DNA of 64,000 bases from Selaginella moellendorffii (lineage: Eukaryota; Plantae; Lycopodiophyta). How positions within the stretch are numbered: position 1 is the first letter of the stretch; every line of letters starts with the position of its first letter. Of the stretch, positions 62,144 to 64,000 are shown piece after piece. The notes beneath the pieces are model-generated. The model did not search any database and had not been told where the DNA came from. It worked only from the letters and a program-made list of their open reading frames with translations. A program made the translations under genes and the position numbers. The stretch lies in assembly GCF_000143415.4 (NCBI RefSeq), contig NW_003314304.1, forward strand, positions 635,587 to 699,586. The letters run 5' to 3'.

Positions 62144-64000
62144 TCACTGCATGCTTTGGAGCATCTGTACAACCTCTCTCATACTTGGCCGTTCCTTCGG
62201 ATCCAACGTAGTGCACAGCAGGCCGAGCTTGACGAACTGCATCATCACTTCTACCGACGCTCCGGTCTCCAGCAAGACGTTATCCACAAACTCCTCTATT
62301 CGAAGCGTCTCGCTCGACAGCAAAACTTGAGCCCTCACCCACGACACCAGGTCCATTCCCTCGGCTGGAAAGTTCCGGTCGAATGGAGACTTCCTTGTTG
62401 CCAGCTCGAGCAGCACAACGCCGAAGCCGTAAACGTCGACCTTGTCGCTCAGTCTCATCGTGTAGCCATACTCTGGAGCAACGTACAATCAAGGTTAGTA
62501 TCTGGATACGAGGAACAGGAGGTGAAAGCTTACCTGGAGCCATGTATCCCAGAGTTCCAACGATCGCAGATGCAGTCTGAGGATCACGCTCATACGTGAG
62601 CTTGGCGATCCCAAAGTCCGTCAACTTGGCTTCCATATCGGCATCCAGGAGTATATTACTGGCCTTGACGTCGCGATGGATTACCGAGGGGACACAGTCG
62701 TGGTGCAAATAAGCCAGTCCGTGAGCAGCTCCCAGCGCGATCTTCCACCTCGTCGGCCAGTCAAGTTGATCGCCATTCTTGTGCAATGCAGTGTCGAGGC
62801 TCCCGTTCGGCATAAACTCGTAGACGATCATGTTGGAGTCGGGCTGCGAGCGCCTGTAAGCGACGAGCTTCACCACATGCCTATGCCGGAAGCTGCCCGC
62901 CGTCACGATCTCTCGCTCGAAGCTCTGGTTGGTATCGTCGTCTTGGCTCCGGTACGTGAGCTTCTTCACTGCAAAGACATGGCCGGAGGAAGTTGTGACG
63001 CAGTAGACGACGCCGTGAGCACCACGGCCGATGATATTGTCGTCCGAGACTCCAGCGATCGCCTGGGCTATATCTCGCAGTGAGACTGCACGCCGGGAGG
63101 AGACGAAGAGCTTGATGGAGTCGAGCCTCTGCTGTTCGCGGTGGAGGCTGTACTTCTCCGAGGTTTTCTTCACCGAGATCCAGATGACCAACACGAGAAG
63201 GACGAAGAAACTCAAGGCCGACGCGAAGGCGATGCCGATTATAGCTCCCGAGCTGAGACCACGCTTCGTGCTTCTGGGTTGAACGCTGGTCGTCGAGTTA
63301 CAGCTGCTCGCGACGCACAGGCCGGGATTTCCAAGGAAGGAGCTCGCTGGGAATTGCTGCCACTGGAGCTGGCCGCTGGGCAGCTTCCCCGAGAGCTGGT
63401 TATAGGAAAGGTTGACGGAAATCAGCGAAACCATGTTGCTGAGAAGCTGTGGAAGGCTTCCTTCGAGGGAGTTGTGCGAGAGATCCAAGCTCTGGAGCAT
63501 GTCGAGGCTGGACAGAGCTTGAGGGATTGGACCAGTGAGCGAGTTCCAGCTGAGGTTTAAGGCGATGCTGAGCTGCGAGAGCTGTCCCAGAGCCGGCGGG
63601 ATCGCTCCTCGCAGCTTGTTCTCTGCGAGGTTGAACTCCATCAGACCACCCAAGCTCGATATCTCGTCCGGGATCACTCCGGTCAGCTCGTTTCTCTGGA
63701 GCCGAAGATAGTTCAGCGACGACGATGAGGTGGCCGCCATCGAGAGCTCGCCATGGATGGAGTTGCTGCTCAGATCGAGCGTCGTCAAGCTGCTCGAGTT
63801 CCAGAAGGTGGCGGGGATGGTGCCATTCAGGAAGTTGGAAGAAACGTCGAGGTACCCGAGCTTGGTCAGTCGGCCAAGTTCGTCAGGGAGAGGTCCTGAG
63901 AGGCGGTTTCTCTGGAGCTCGATCCGGCTCAAGTTGGCGCACGACCCCAGCTCAGGAGGAACCGGTCCGCGCAGATCATTCCCGGCCAAGTCAAGGAAGT
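62144..64000 (-). CDS. LRR receptor-like kinase (LRR-XI/PEPR-like), 5' part outside window; intron 62473-62533
   Basis: Plant-type LRRs, a TM helix, IGRGAHGVVY, HRDVKASNILL, DFG and GTLGYMAPE. Confidence 0.95.

Noticed and set aside
62280-62533. C-terminal extension of the 569-aa kinase ORF
   Set aside because: Read-through of the 61-nt intron; the real C-terminus is in the 62144-62472 frame.

Overview
Gene-dense nuclear DNA of a land plant. The ~60-nt introns, tiny intergenic gaps, telo-boxes and many PLS-class PPR genes built from short ~31-aa repeats suggest the lycophyte Selaginella (inferred from these traits, not database-confirmed). Apparently intact genes: a UDP-glycosyltransferase, two PPR-E proteins, a B3/REM factor, a CCCH-LOTUS-RRM protein with a spliced C-terminal RING finger that the ORF track misses, an LRR/AMN1-like protein, a Reb1/TTF1-like Myb, a small KIX-like protein, DUF1005, ALG2, small Gly-rich membrane proteins, a Cys-rich secreted peptide, DUF1685, two tandem mL80-like ORFs and an LRR receptor kinase. 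Two accessory zones (about 0.2-14 kb and 36-55.7 kb) are mosaics of local duplications and decayed gene fragments (PPR, UGT, ALG2, LSG1, RPB6). They also hold Ty3/gypsy remnants, two Cassandra-type TRIMs with 5S-RNA-derived LTR segments (one with identical LTRs and a TSD), a ~1.1-kb tandem array, a tRNA-His, an AT-rich bulb-type lectin ORF ending in a 128-bp perfect palindrome, and a duplicated P-loop ATPase frameshifted at Walker A in both copies. All calls come from reading the sequence by eye; TE and pseudogene boundaries are approximate.
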